A DNA stretch of 63,761 nt, counting the filler. It is 4 parts of 4 records of this genome, joined end to end, with 100 filler letters (N's around TTAATTAATTAA, not from the genome) between each part and the next. Parts side by side here need not be neighbours in the genome. Positions count along the whole stretch, not along the records: positions 28,946 to 50,671 come from SRR20825006_1730; 3 more parts are not named here. One strand, 5' to 3'. The translations under genes and the position numbers were made by a program. Every line of letters starts with the position of its first letter. Position 1 is the first letter of the stretch. Shown one piece after another: positions 39,408-47,393 of this stretch. The notes beneath the pieces are model-generated. The model worked only from the letters and a program-made list of their open reading frames with translations, did no database searches and was not told where the DNA came from.

Positions 39408-41306
39408 ATGCGTAGCCTCGTTTTCTTCTGGATTTTCGGAATTGTTTTCTCCTTTTCTGGATGCGCGCAAGAAGTGAAACCGCTGGCTAATCAAAAACAG
39501 TTCGATACCTGGAGTTCTTTACCGCTTTATCAGAAGTATGGACAAGTGTCCTCACTAAAGGTGGTGTACGATGTCGCTGAAAAGAAACTTCACTTTGTTT
39601 CTTCGAAAGAATACGAATATCACTACGAATTTTGCACAAATGAACTTGGCTATCGAAGATCATTGGATGTCTTCAACGAAGAATGTTATTCTGGAGATGA
39701 GAAACGCCCATTTTTGCTCGCGAACATTAATTTTTATAAAGCACTTGATAAATTCGCTCTCGAATTGGGTCCGTCTGATCGAATGAATGCAAAGCAATTG
39801 AGATTGTTATTTAATTCGGTAACGAAGAATACGTTTTTTGGAAAAGAATTAATGCTAATGGCGAATTCCTCACACGTGAGTAGCATCCTTGCTTCGTTGA
39901 ACAATGAATTGCCTGTGTTGCAGCCATCCGATGTTTATCGAGGACAAAAATTTCAACCAATTTCAAAAGTTACTGGCTACGGCCGCGTGGTTGTCGTGTA
40001 TGATTGGGAAGCTCAATCGAAAGATATTCGTCCTACAGATATTCTATTACTGAAAGAGATTCCAGTTACTTTTCCAATTGTTTCTGGCGTAGTGGTTACT
40101 TCTTTTCAAACGCCGTTAAGCCATGTGTCCATTTTGGGACATAACCGAAAAATTCCGATTTGTGCCTACACGGAATTATTCGAAAAGGCAGAATTACTGA
40201 AGTTGGATGGAAAAACGGTTGAATTTACCGTAACTCAGGACACATTTTGGATAACTCCAAAAGAAGTTGATCTTTCAAAATTGTGGAAGGGACAAAAAGA
40301 AATCCGACTGAAAGCAGATTACACGGTTGATAGTTTAATCCCCGTAGATTATTTGCATGAACGTCAGCGTTTTATTGTAGGGAATAAGGCGGCTAATTTT
40401 GGTGAGTTATACCATTTTAGTGAGAAGATGGATTTCAAAGTTCCCGAAAGTGCATTTGCAATTCCATTTGCTTTTTACCGAAATCATATCTTCAAATCAG
40501 GGGTTCAATCGAAGATCACGGCACTTTTAAAGAAGGATAATTTTTCGCGCCCGAGTCTTGAAATTCACAAGGATTTAGAAGAAATTCAAACGCTAATTCT
40601 CAATACACCAATTGATCCTAAACTTGAATCTTCGGTGATTGCACTAATTGAACGATTGGGAGATTATAGAAGAATGAGGTTCAGGTCTTCTACTAACGCT
40701 GAGGATAGCGAAGGATTTTCAGGCGCTGGCTTGTACACTTCGAAAACAGGAGAGGTTGGAAATGCAAAAAAGCCGATAGATAAAGCCATAAAAACGGTGT
40801 GGGCGAGTCTTTGGTCGTATGAGGCATTCATGGAGCGCGAAGCCTTCAATGTTGATCACGCAACGGTTGCAATGGGGATTTTGGTACATAGATCGTTTCC
40901 CGACGAAGCTGTGAATGGAGTCGCAATTACAACCAATTTGTATCGTAAAAACTACATGGGATTTGTGATTAATGCGCAATTGGGCGATGAAAGCGTGGTA
41001 GCTCCCAAAAAGGGTGTAGAATGCGATCAGTTTATTTGCTATCCTGATGAGACGTCTTCAACCTATGGGCGACAAGAAGGTGGAATTGATATCATAAACT
41101 ATTCTTCGTTGAACAATGGAAAACTAACCATGACGAAGGAAGAGATTCAATTGCTTGCCAATCAGTTGGAAATCATAAAACGTAAATACCTCAGTCGACA
41201 TTATACAGGAAAAAATTTCTTCGATTTTGGACTCGACTTGGAATTCAAATTGGACAAGGACACGCGTCAATTGTACATTAAACAAATGCGTGTTTTCAAT
41301 AATTAA
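39408..41306 (+). CDS. PEP-synthase/PPDK_N (ATP-grasp) domain protein with an upstream phospho-His domain and a signal peptide
   Basis: TPLSHVSILG (His domain), VGNKAANFGEL, FRSSTNAEDSEGFSGAGLYTS, VWASLW, DLEFK, YIKQMR; N-terminus MRSLVFFWIFGIVFSFSGC. Confidence 0.85.
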   Translation: MRSLVFFWIFGIVFSFSGCAQEVKPLANQKQFDTWSSLPLYQKYGQVSSLKVVYDVAEKKLHFVSSKEYEYHYEFCTNELGYRRSLDVFNEECYSGDEKRPFLLANINFYKALDKFALELGPSDRMNAKQLRLLFNSVTKNTFFGKELMLMANSSHVSSILASLNNELPVLQPSDVYRGQKFQPISKVTGYGRVVVVYDWEAQSKDIRPTDILLLKEIPVTFPIVSGVVVTSFQTPLSHVSILGHNRKIPICAYTELFEKAELLKLDGKTVEFTVTQDTFWITPKEVDLSKLWKGQKEIRLKADYTVDSLIPVDYLHERQRFIVGNKAANFGELYHFSEKMDFKVPESAFAIPFAFYRNHIFKSGVQSKITALLKKDNFSRPSLEIHKDLEEIQTLILNTPIDPKLESSVIALIERLGDYRRMRFRSSTNAEDSEGFSGAGLYTSKTGEVGNAKKPIDKAIKTVWASLWSYEAFMEREAFNVDHATVAMGILVHRSFPDEAVNGVAITTNLYRKNYMGFVINAQLGDESVVAPKKGVECDQFICYPDETSSTYGRQEGGIDIINYSSLNNGKLTMTKEEIQLLANQLEIIKRKYLSRHYTGKNFFDFGLDLEFKLDKDTRQLYIKQMRVFNN

Positions 41307-41318
41307 TTGTCGAACGTT

Positions 41319-42428
41319 TTATTCTCGCGTACGAACGACTTCAAATCGCTTTTTGTAGCGAAGAAATGGCTGCTCAAGTAATTTATACGAAAGCCATGAA
41401 ATCAAAATAGTTGCGGTCATCGACGCGGTAATTATCACAAAAAGATTATCCCAATAATAATCAAAGAACATAATGGTAAGGTCGTGATAAATGTAAAGTC
41501 CAAAAGAGATTTTCCCCAATTGATTCAGCCATTGAATGCTTTTAAGATTGGAAGATTGTGAAAGTTTAGGATGAAAGCAAACCATCGCAATAATTAGTGC
41601 AAAGAGAACAGTGATCGTCTGCCTAAGAATTATAGCACTCAAATAAATGTTTTCCAAGTAAAAATCGATGATTACCAGTCCGAAAACAGCTAGAATGGCA
41701 AGGAATAAAGCATAAGTCGGAATTTTCCTGATAAGTTTTTCTAAATACGCTTTGTAATGTATAGAAATCGCACCGAGCAAGCAGCCAAGTGTGATCGCGT
41801 CGAATACAGAGAGTGGCGAAAAGGACAGCGTTCGATAGGCGTAAGTGCTATCGTCAAAAGTTCTGATAACAAAGAATTTGTAACACAGTGTGAAGAAGTA
41901 GATGGATGCTAAAACCCATAGTACGGTTTTCTGTTTTCGAAGCTTGGAAAGAAGAATCGGAATGAAAATATAAAACTGTTCTTCAACACCAATACTCCAG
42001 AGAACTCCCGCTCCTAGGAAGTAATGAACGGTTTCGAAGCCATTAAAAACACGGTCGAAATTGCCAAGAAAAGTGAAATAATATCCAAAGAAATTGGCGA
42101 AATTGAGATTGGGTTGCTCAAGGATGAGTGCAATTGCAAGAATCACCAAGAGGACGAAAAAGTAAAGGGGGAAAATCCTAAAAACGCGTCGAAGGTAGAA
42201 TTTCCTTAACGAAATGGTCGACGTTTCTTTTTGCTCATTCAACAATAAACCGGTAATGAGAAATCCACTGATCACAAAGAATAATTGTACTCCCAAAATC
42301 CCTGCGTGATTGAATGTGAAATTTAGAAGTCCAGAGCTGCTAATAATTGGAAGATGAGAAACAAAAACCAAGAGAAAAGCAAAAAAGCGCAATCCATCAA
42401 GGTTGTTATAGAAAAAGCGTTGCGACAT
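41319..42428 (-). CDS. Acyltransferase family 3 (OafA-like) membrane protein
   Basis: LDGLRFFA, GVQLFFVISGFLIT, RRVFRIFPLY, WSIGVEEQFY. Confidence 0.93.
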   Translation of the reverse strand: MSQRFFYNNLDGLRFFAFLLVFVSHLPIISSSGLLNFTFNHAGILGVQLFFVISGFLITGLLLNEQKETSTISLRKFYLRRVFRIFPLYFFVLLVILAIALILEQPNLNFANFFGYYFTFLGNFDRVFNGFETVHYFLGAGVLWSIGVEEQFYIFIPILLSKLRKQKTVLWVLASIYFFTLCYKFFVIRTFDDSTYAYRTLSFSPLSVFDAITLGCLLGAISIHYKAYLEKLIRKIPTYALFLAILAVFGLVIIDFYLENIYLSAIILRQTITVLFALIIAMVCFHPKLSQSSNLKSIQWLNQLGKISFGLYIYHDLTIMFFDYYWDNLFVIITASMTATILISWLSYKLLEQPFLRYKKRFEVVRTRE

Positions 42429-43697
42429 CTAATTGTTGTTTCGTTTAAGTAAGTCAATTGCTCTTCCTACAGCTCCCTTCATGCGTTTTCCTTCATTATT
42501 TAGCTTGGAAATCCATTGGTATTCCACTACGCGCTGAAAGTTTCCCTGTTTTGGTTTGCTAAATGTTCCCGCCACAAAAATAGTATCGAATCCCCAATCG
42601 TGTTGTAAACAATAACTGAACGTCTGGGAATGAAGCGCGATATCTGTGTGGGACTCTTCGAGCGTTGTTTCCACTAATCCGTGTTTATAGGAGAGTTCGC
42701 AAGATTTTTTGAGATCTGTAAAATATACGCGCATCGGCAGATAGGACTTCAGCTTTGATCGATTGTTTCGCGCGAGTGCTTTTTCAACAAATTGCTGAGC
42801 AAGGTTTGTTAATTGTGACCACTCAAGAGAGTCGAAATGGGTAAGTTTTCTCTGCGAAATCTCATTTTTGTCCATTGTATATTGCTCAATTGCAGAACGG
42901 TTATCGATCAAATCTTCACCATTCCACGTATTTCCAGGATAAAGAACGATCGGAATTGAAGTCGTGGTTGAAATCAACTCAGAAATTTCGTCTATTCCAT
43001 TAGCATGTGCGTTCAAGTGAAAATTATCAGGGTGACAAAACCAAATATAGCTTGCGAAAGGAATAGTAAATCTTGGGTTGAAGAAACGAATGTGTTTTTT
43101 TATTTCATCCTGTTTTTCAATTGCACCTTTCCGTATTTCTTCTGTATCACCAATGTTTCCGACCCAATTGGCAAAGGAAAATTGTGTGAAGAGCAAGTCA
43201 ATTTTCGGAAAGCGTTGAGCTATTTTTTGCAAATCCGAATCCCTAAGAATACAATCGTTAAGATTCAGGATTCCGTAATCTTTTACTTGAATGTGTAGCC
43301 AAGAATCTGTGTCATTCGCCACTTTTCCGTTCGTAATTGAAACATATTTCGAAAGCTGGACAGACTCGAATTCTTTCAGGACGATGATTTCTTTGAATCC
43401 AGCTTTTGTGCAAAAATCAGTGACTTTATTGTCTTCAGAATCTTGATAAAGAATGGTAATCTTCGCACGAAACTCGGCAGGGATTTTTAAAATATTTGGA
43501 GGAGAAAAGTGATCGGGATGTTCATGAGAAAACCAAATATGTGTTACTCCCTCAAAGCGGTCGAAGGAGAATTGTGTCGGTGAGATTAATTCCCAACTTC
43601 TATTAAAAACTCGTCCTTCAAGCCATGGATCAGAAACGAGCTTTATGTCTTCAAATTCTATTAGGAAAGAAGCATGATTGATCCACTTAATATTCAT
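42429..43697 (-). CDS. Metallo-beta-lactamase fold protein (UlaG/CMP-NeuAc hydroxylase-like)
   Basis: NHASFLIE, DPWL, SHEHPDH, DS..., LNLNDC, IPFAS. Confidence 0.8.
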   Translation of the reverse strand: MNIKWINHASFLIEFEDIKLVSDPWLEGRVFNRSWELISPTQFSFDRFEGVTHIWFSHEHPDHFSPPNILKIPAEFRAKITILYQDSEDNKVTDFCTKAGFKEIIVLKEFESVQLSKYVSITNGKVANDTDSWLHIQVKDYGILNLNDCILRDSDLQKIAQRFPKIDLLFTQFSFANWVGNIGDTEEIRKGAIEKQDEIKKHIRFFNPRFTIPFASYIWFCHPDNFHLNAHANGIDEISELISTTTSIPIVLYPGNTWNGEDLIDNRSAIEQYTMDKNEISQRKLTHFDSLEWSQLTNLAQQFVEKALARNNRSKLKSYLPMRVYFTDLKKSCELSYKHGLVETTLEESHTDIALHSQTFSYCLQHDWGFDTIFVAGTFSKPKQGNFQRVVEYQWISKLNNEGKRMKGAVGRAIDLLKRNNN

Positions 43698-43736
43698 TGA
43701 CTCAAAACGGATTTAGTTCGCTCGAAGTTACATTTT

Positions 43737-44189
43737 TTAAAATTCAAAGTTGTCGTTTTTCTCCAAAACGTCCCAAGTGTGATCTGCTAAAAGTCTAACG
43801 GTAGCAACAAATTCAAAGGATTTTTTCGAGCGCCCCCATTGGTCTGGTGCAATTAGCGAAAGCAAGAACACGCGATCCTCTTTCTGATACAAATGATAAA
43901 TGTGATTAATCAGTGGTTCAAAGCGCATTTCGGCACCATAAATGATCTCGGAAATAGACTTTCGATCGTTCAGTTTTTTCACCTGATCGGCCAACAACTG
44001 CATCTGATCATAAATCTGTTTGAGTTGCATATCCGTTTGATGTTCCATCGCTGAGATTGCTCGACCTTTAATCTTTCCTTGATCTTCAGGTTTTACAATG
44101 GCAGATCCAGCATGATGAGGGTATTCCAACGAGTGCGGATTCTCTGAAATATGATCTGGGTCGATGGGATTGATGAATTCTTCGGACAT
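43737..44189 (-). CDS. DUF2452 family protein
   Basis: FEP...YHLY...LSLIAP..W and ADHTW motifs. Confidence 0.8.
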   Translation of the reverse strand: MSEEFINPIDPDHISENPHSLEYPHHAGSAIVKPEDQGKIKGRAISAMEHQTDMQLKQIYDQMQLLADQVKKLNDRKSISEIIYGAEMRFEPLINHIYHLYQKEDRVFLLSLIAPDQWGRSKKSFEFVATVRLLADHTWDVLEKNDNFEF

Positions 44190-44398
44190 GAAATAAAGAT
44201 ACTATTTCCCGTGCAAGTTTGCTAGTTACAGTGGACGAAAATAGAAACCATTTCGCTTTTCGATGACTCTAGAAAAGGAGTTTAATAGTATGATAACGTT
44301 TAATTCTCTATGAGGTTAAATCGGATGAGTTAATTTGTACTGAATTCATTTTTAGGTAGTATTTTTTATGAATTTGTGAGTAGTTCGAAGTGGTTGTT

Positions 44399-45160
44399 CT
44401 AGAAGGATAACCACTTTTTTATTTTTGAAATAACGACTTCTGATTGCTCCAAATGCGGATGGTGACCACAATCTTTAATCAAAAAGGTAGAACTATTTTT
44501 AACTGAAGATTCGATCAATTTCAATTGCTTTTCAGTCCCGTATTGATCGTCAGCTCCTTGCATAAACAATCCAGGAGTTTGATCATTTTTAATCTCCTCT
44601 TGGATATTCCAGTTTAGGAAGGTTGGACTTCGCCAAATATCCGCCCATGCATAGAAGAGAGCATTCGTTTTTTCACCGTGGTATTTTTTCAAACCATCTA
44701 GTTTTCCAGCTTGGTATGCTTTAACCGCAGGTAAAATTCCTTCTATTGTTTCGGGTTCATTGACGACATGCGCCGCCATAGTTATCATTTTTTCGACTCG
44801 ATTTGGGTACTGTCCAGCATAGAGTAGGGCAATCGTTCCTCCATCCGAATGTCCAACCAAGATTATTTTTTGTTCTTTCTCTAGAATTTGATCCAAAAAA
44901 GCAGGCAATTCTTTAAGCGCGTATTCGTGAAGGTATTGGTTGGTTCGTTCAGAAGATAGTGGAGAAGATGCTCCATGTCCCTGTCTTTCATAAACAATTC
45001 CTCGAGCACCTAATTCGTCGCAAAGATTTTGTGGAAATGCCTTCCATTGTCCAATACTTCCAAGTGCTTCATGGATAAATACAATTATACTTTCTTCCTT
45101 CTGTTCAAAGGGAGAAATCCAATTGTAGGCAATTTCAATGTTCTTTATGCGCAGAATCAT
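44399..45160 (-). CDS. Alpha/beta fold hydrolase
   Basis: HEALGS, GHSDGG nucleophile elbow, DQYG, GHHPHLE. Confidence 0.9.
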   Translation of the reverse strand: MILRIKNIEIAYNWISPFEQKEESIIVFIHEALGSIGQWKAFPQNLCDELGARGIVYERQGHGASSPLSSERTNQYLHEYALKELPAFLDQILEKEQKIILVGHSDGGTIALLYAGQYPNRVEKMITMAAHVVNEPETIEGILPAVKAYQAGKLDGLKKYHGEKTNALFYAWADIWRSPTFLNWNIQEEIKNDQTPGLFMQGADDQYGTEKQLKLIESSVKNSSTFLIKDCGHHPHLEQSEVVISKIKKWLSF

Positions 45161-45166
45161 GGCATT

Positions 45167-45212
45167 AAAAAAGGGAACTTCTACCGATAATTATCAGTAG
45201 GAAATTCCCTTT
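45167..45212 (-). terminator. Terminator after efp
   Basis: AAAGGGAA..CTAC.GATAATTATC.GTAG..TTCCCTTT hairpin with an A-run on its left. Confidence 0.65.
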
Positions 45213-45231
45213 CAATCTATTTGAAATACGA

Positions 45232-45798
45232 TTAGTTTTTTACTCGCTCTACGTACATTCCAGTGCGCGTGTCAACTTTAATGACCTCACCTGTATCAAT
45301 GAACAAAGGAACACGAATTTCAGCTCCCGTAGCGATAGTCGCTGGTTTCATTGTATTCGTTGCTGTATCTCCTTTAATCCCTGGTTCTGTATACGTTACC
45401 TCAGAGATGATATGCATCGGTAATTCTAAAACAAGAGGCGTTTCTTCTTCCGCATGGAATAAGATATCACATACCATTCCTTCAATAAGAAATTCTGGTT
45501 TTTCTACAAGAGCAGGATCAATATTCACTTGCTCGAAAGTTTCATTGTTCATAAATACAAACTGATCTCCTTCTTGAAAAAGGTATTGATAGTTTCTATT
45601 TTCAATTCGAACAATTTCAATTTTGTGTCCAGCTGAGAACGTATGATCAAGCAAACGACCGGAGTCAATTTGTCTGATTTTCGTGCGAACAAACGCCGGG
45701 CCTTTTCCAGGTTTAACGTGCTGAAATTCTTTAACTTGAAATAGTTTACCGTTATGCTTGATGCACACTCCGTTCTTAATATCTGATGTAGTTGCCAT
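45232..45798 (-). CDS. efp: Elongation factor P
   Basis: HVKPGKGPAFVR, PGIKGDTA, VPLFI..GE. Confidence 0.97.
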   Translation of the reverse strand: MATTSDIKNGVCIKHNGKLFQVKEFQHVKPGKGPAFVRTKIRQIDSGRLLDHTFSAGHKIEIVRIENRNYQYLFQEGDQFVFMNNETFEQVNIDPALVEKPEFLIEGMVCDILFHAEEETPLVLELPMHIISEVTYTEPGIKGDTATNTMKPATIATGAEIRVPLFIDTGEVIKVDTRTGMYVERVKN

Positions 45799-45817
45799 TC
45801 ACTGTTATTTAGGTCGG

Positions 45818-45825
45818 CAAAGATA
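45818..45825 (-). promoter_or_regulatory. -7 promoter element of efp
   Basis: TATCTTTG on the minus strand (TAnnTTTG). Confidence 0.6.
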
Positions 45826-45933
45826 GTAATTCAGAACGATTTTTACATTATTCTTGATATAAAACACCTACCTTTAACCATCTTTAGGACTGAAAGATCA
45901 ACAAAAAGAGGTTGCATTTTAACGTAAATATCT

Positions 45934-46224
45934 ATGAAAGAATATTGGCAGGGACTTACAACAGGGCAAAAAACGAAATACATTATTAGTGGGATCGGAG
46001 GAATTCTGATTATCATTTTTGCGATTTTGAATTGGGAAACCACTGAGGTTCATTTTATTTTTTCGAAAGTGAAAATTTCAAAAACACTCCTGATTATTCT
46101 AAGTATTGCGGGTGGATTTGGATTGGCAACCTTGTTTGACTATAGAAAATTCAAGAAAAAGGACAAAGAAATCAGATCTCTGAAAAGTCAATTGGGACCT
46201 CGTAGAGAAGAGATCACTGAATAA
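45934..46224 (+). CDS. LapA/DUF1049-like small membrane protein
   Basis: Two TMs (IIFAILNW...V.FIF), basic C-terminal coiled coil. Confidence 0.75.
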   Translation: MKEYWQGLTTGQKTKYIISGIGGILIIIFAILNWETTEVHFIFSKVKISKTLLIILSIAGGFGLATLFDYRKFKKKDKEIRSLKSQLGPRREEITE

Positions 46225-46326
46225 AATCAACTTTTTTAGTTCAATACGGCGTTCATTTTTAGGTGAATAACTAGATATGTTACGTTTTTGTGAAAGAAAA
46301 GCGAGGAAATGAAAGACTTTTTTTCG

Positions 46327-46334
46327 TATCTTCG
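46327..46334 (+). promoter_or_regulatory. -7 promoter element upstream of the ncRNA candidate
   Basis: TATCTTCG, one mismatch to TAnnTTTG, about 6 nt before the first stem. Confidence 0.55.
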
Positions 46335-46340
46335 AAGAAC

Positions 46341-46564
46341 TGATGACGCTCCTTAGAGAGTCGTGCATCAACTCGAAAGAGGACCCATGTGGATATACTT
46401 GAAGCTTAAAAAATTGCCTTAAGGAGAGACTCAGGGATAGGATGACAGGCCTTACTCGCTTTGCGAAATTGTGAAAACAATCATTGGAAGTCAGATCATT
46501 TCAGCAATCCTAAACGTGTTAACTGAAGCTTCGGTTAACAGACTACATGGGTTTTTTGTTTTTT
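46341..46564 (+). ncRNA. Unassigned multi-stem structured ncRNA candidate (~220 nt)
   Basis: Eight compatible helices, two GAAA tetraloops, G-U pairs favouring the + strand, 10-bp closing stem followed by a U-tract, upstream promoter; no long ORF. Confidence 0.65.
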
Positions 46565-46778
46565 CACGGAGTTGCACACTTTTCAGCTAGCCACTTTTTC
46601 GTAGATTGTATTGATTTTGAACCAAAGCCTATCTGTGAAAACGATTTCATTCATTTTAGTTCTCATGTTTAGCCAATTTCTGAAAAATGTTTTTGGTAAA
46701 AACAATCATTGGCATCCGCATAAAAACCAAAAAAAATCGTCTATTTTTAGAGGAAATTTTGCCTAAACTGAACTTGTA

Positions 46779-47309
46779 GTGAACAACACTCCCATCATAA
46801 ACCAAAATATATTTCCTTGGTACAAGAAGCTTCTCGGAGTTTCTATTGCGTTAATCATTATTGGAGCACTGTGTCGTATCCAGCATTGGCCTTTAGGATT
46901 CGAAATTATATGCGGAGGGTTTCTGTTATTGCAAGCTGGTTTTTTACTCCGATTCTTTCGACATAAGGAAAAGGGTGTCCAAGAATACATTGAAATCATA
47001 ACGGCAACATTATTCGTTTCATATTCGATAATGAAACTATTTAGATTGCCTTATATGGTAGTAATTCAAATGGCTTTTTTTGCTAGTGGAACGATTTATT
47101 TAATCAACTACGTGTGGACGAAATGGAAAAATCGAGCTGAAGAAAAGTTTACTTTTTCTCGACTTATATTCATTTTCGCAGCATTCACAATAATTCTTGG
47201 AGCCCTGTTTAAAATTCAACATTGGCCCGGGGCAACTATATTATTGGCTGTTGGATTAGGTTTCGGTCTATTTTACATGCTGCTTCAGCTTCTTTCGAGG
47301 AATGAGTGA
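46779..47309 (+). CDS. Membrane protein with two GldL N-terminal-like TM hairpins
   Basis: IIIGALCRIQHWP and IILGALFKIQHWPGA repeats. Confidence 0.75.
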   Translation: MNNTPIINQNIFPWYKKLLGVSIALIIIGALCRIQHWPLGFEIICGGFLLLQAGFLLRFFRHKEKGVQEYIEIITATLFVSYSIMKLFRLPYMVVIQMAFFASGTIYLINYVWTKWKNRAEEKFTFSRLIFIFAAFTIILGALFKIQHWPGATILLAVGLGFGLFYMLLQLLSRNE

Positions 47310-47393
47310 TCGTTAGAGTTTATAGTGTACGTTCTAACGAATGCAACTCGTGTTTGAGATTATGCGTCATAGCAATAATCAACAAAACACAAT

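Noticed and set aside
46340-46381. Hammerhead ribozyme (CTGATGA...GAAA)
   Set aside because: TGATG is sequestered by CATCA, GAAA caps its own hairpin, and I could not build stems I and III
46387-46422. 11-aa micro-ORF MWIYLKLKKLP with GAGG upstream
   Set aside because: Its start codon is buried in the 10-bp closing stem and Bacteroidota rarely use SD sequences; no supporting evidence
46422-46495. Glycine or cobalamin riboswitch (GGAGAGAC/CTCAGG, GGAAGTCAGA)
   Set aside because: Only isolated words match; the intervening conserved cores are missing and the downstream gene is unrelated
46356-46552. Group I intron or permuted intron (AAATTGC, CTCAGGGA, GCAATCCT, ACAGACTA, GAGAGTC resemble P/Q/R/S elements)
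   Set aside because: No S element follows R, spacing between P3 and P4 does not fit, and there is no host exon; resemblance noted but not supportable without a covariance-model search
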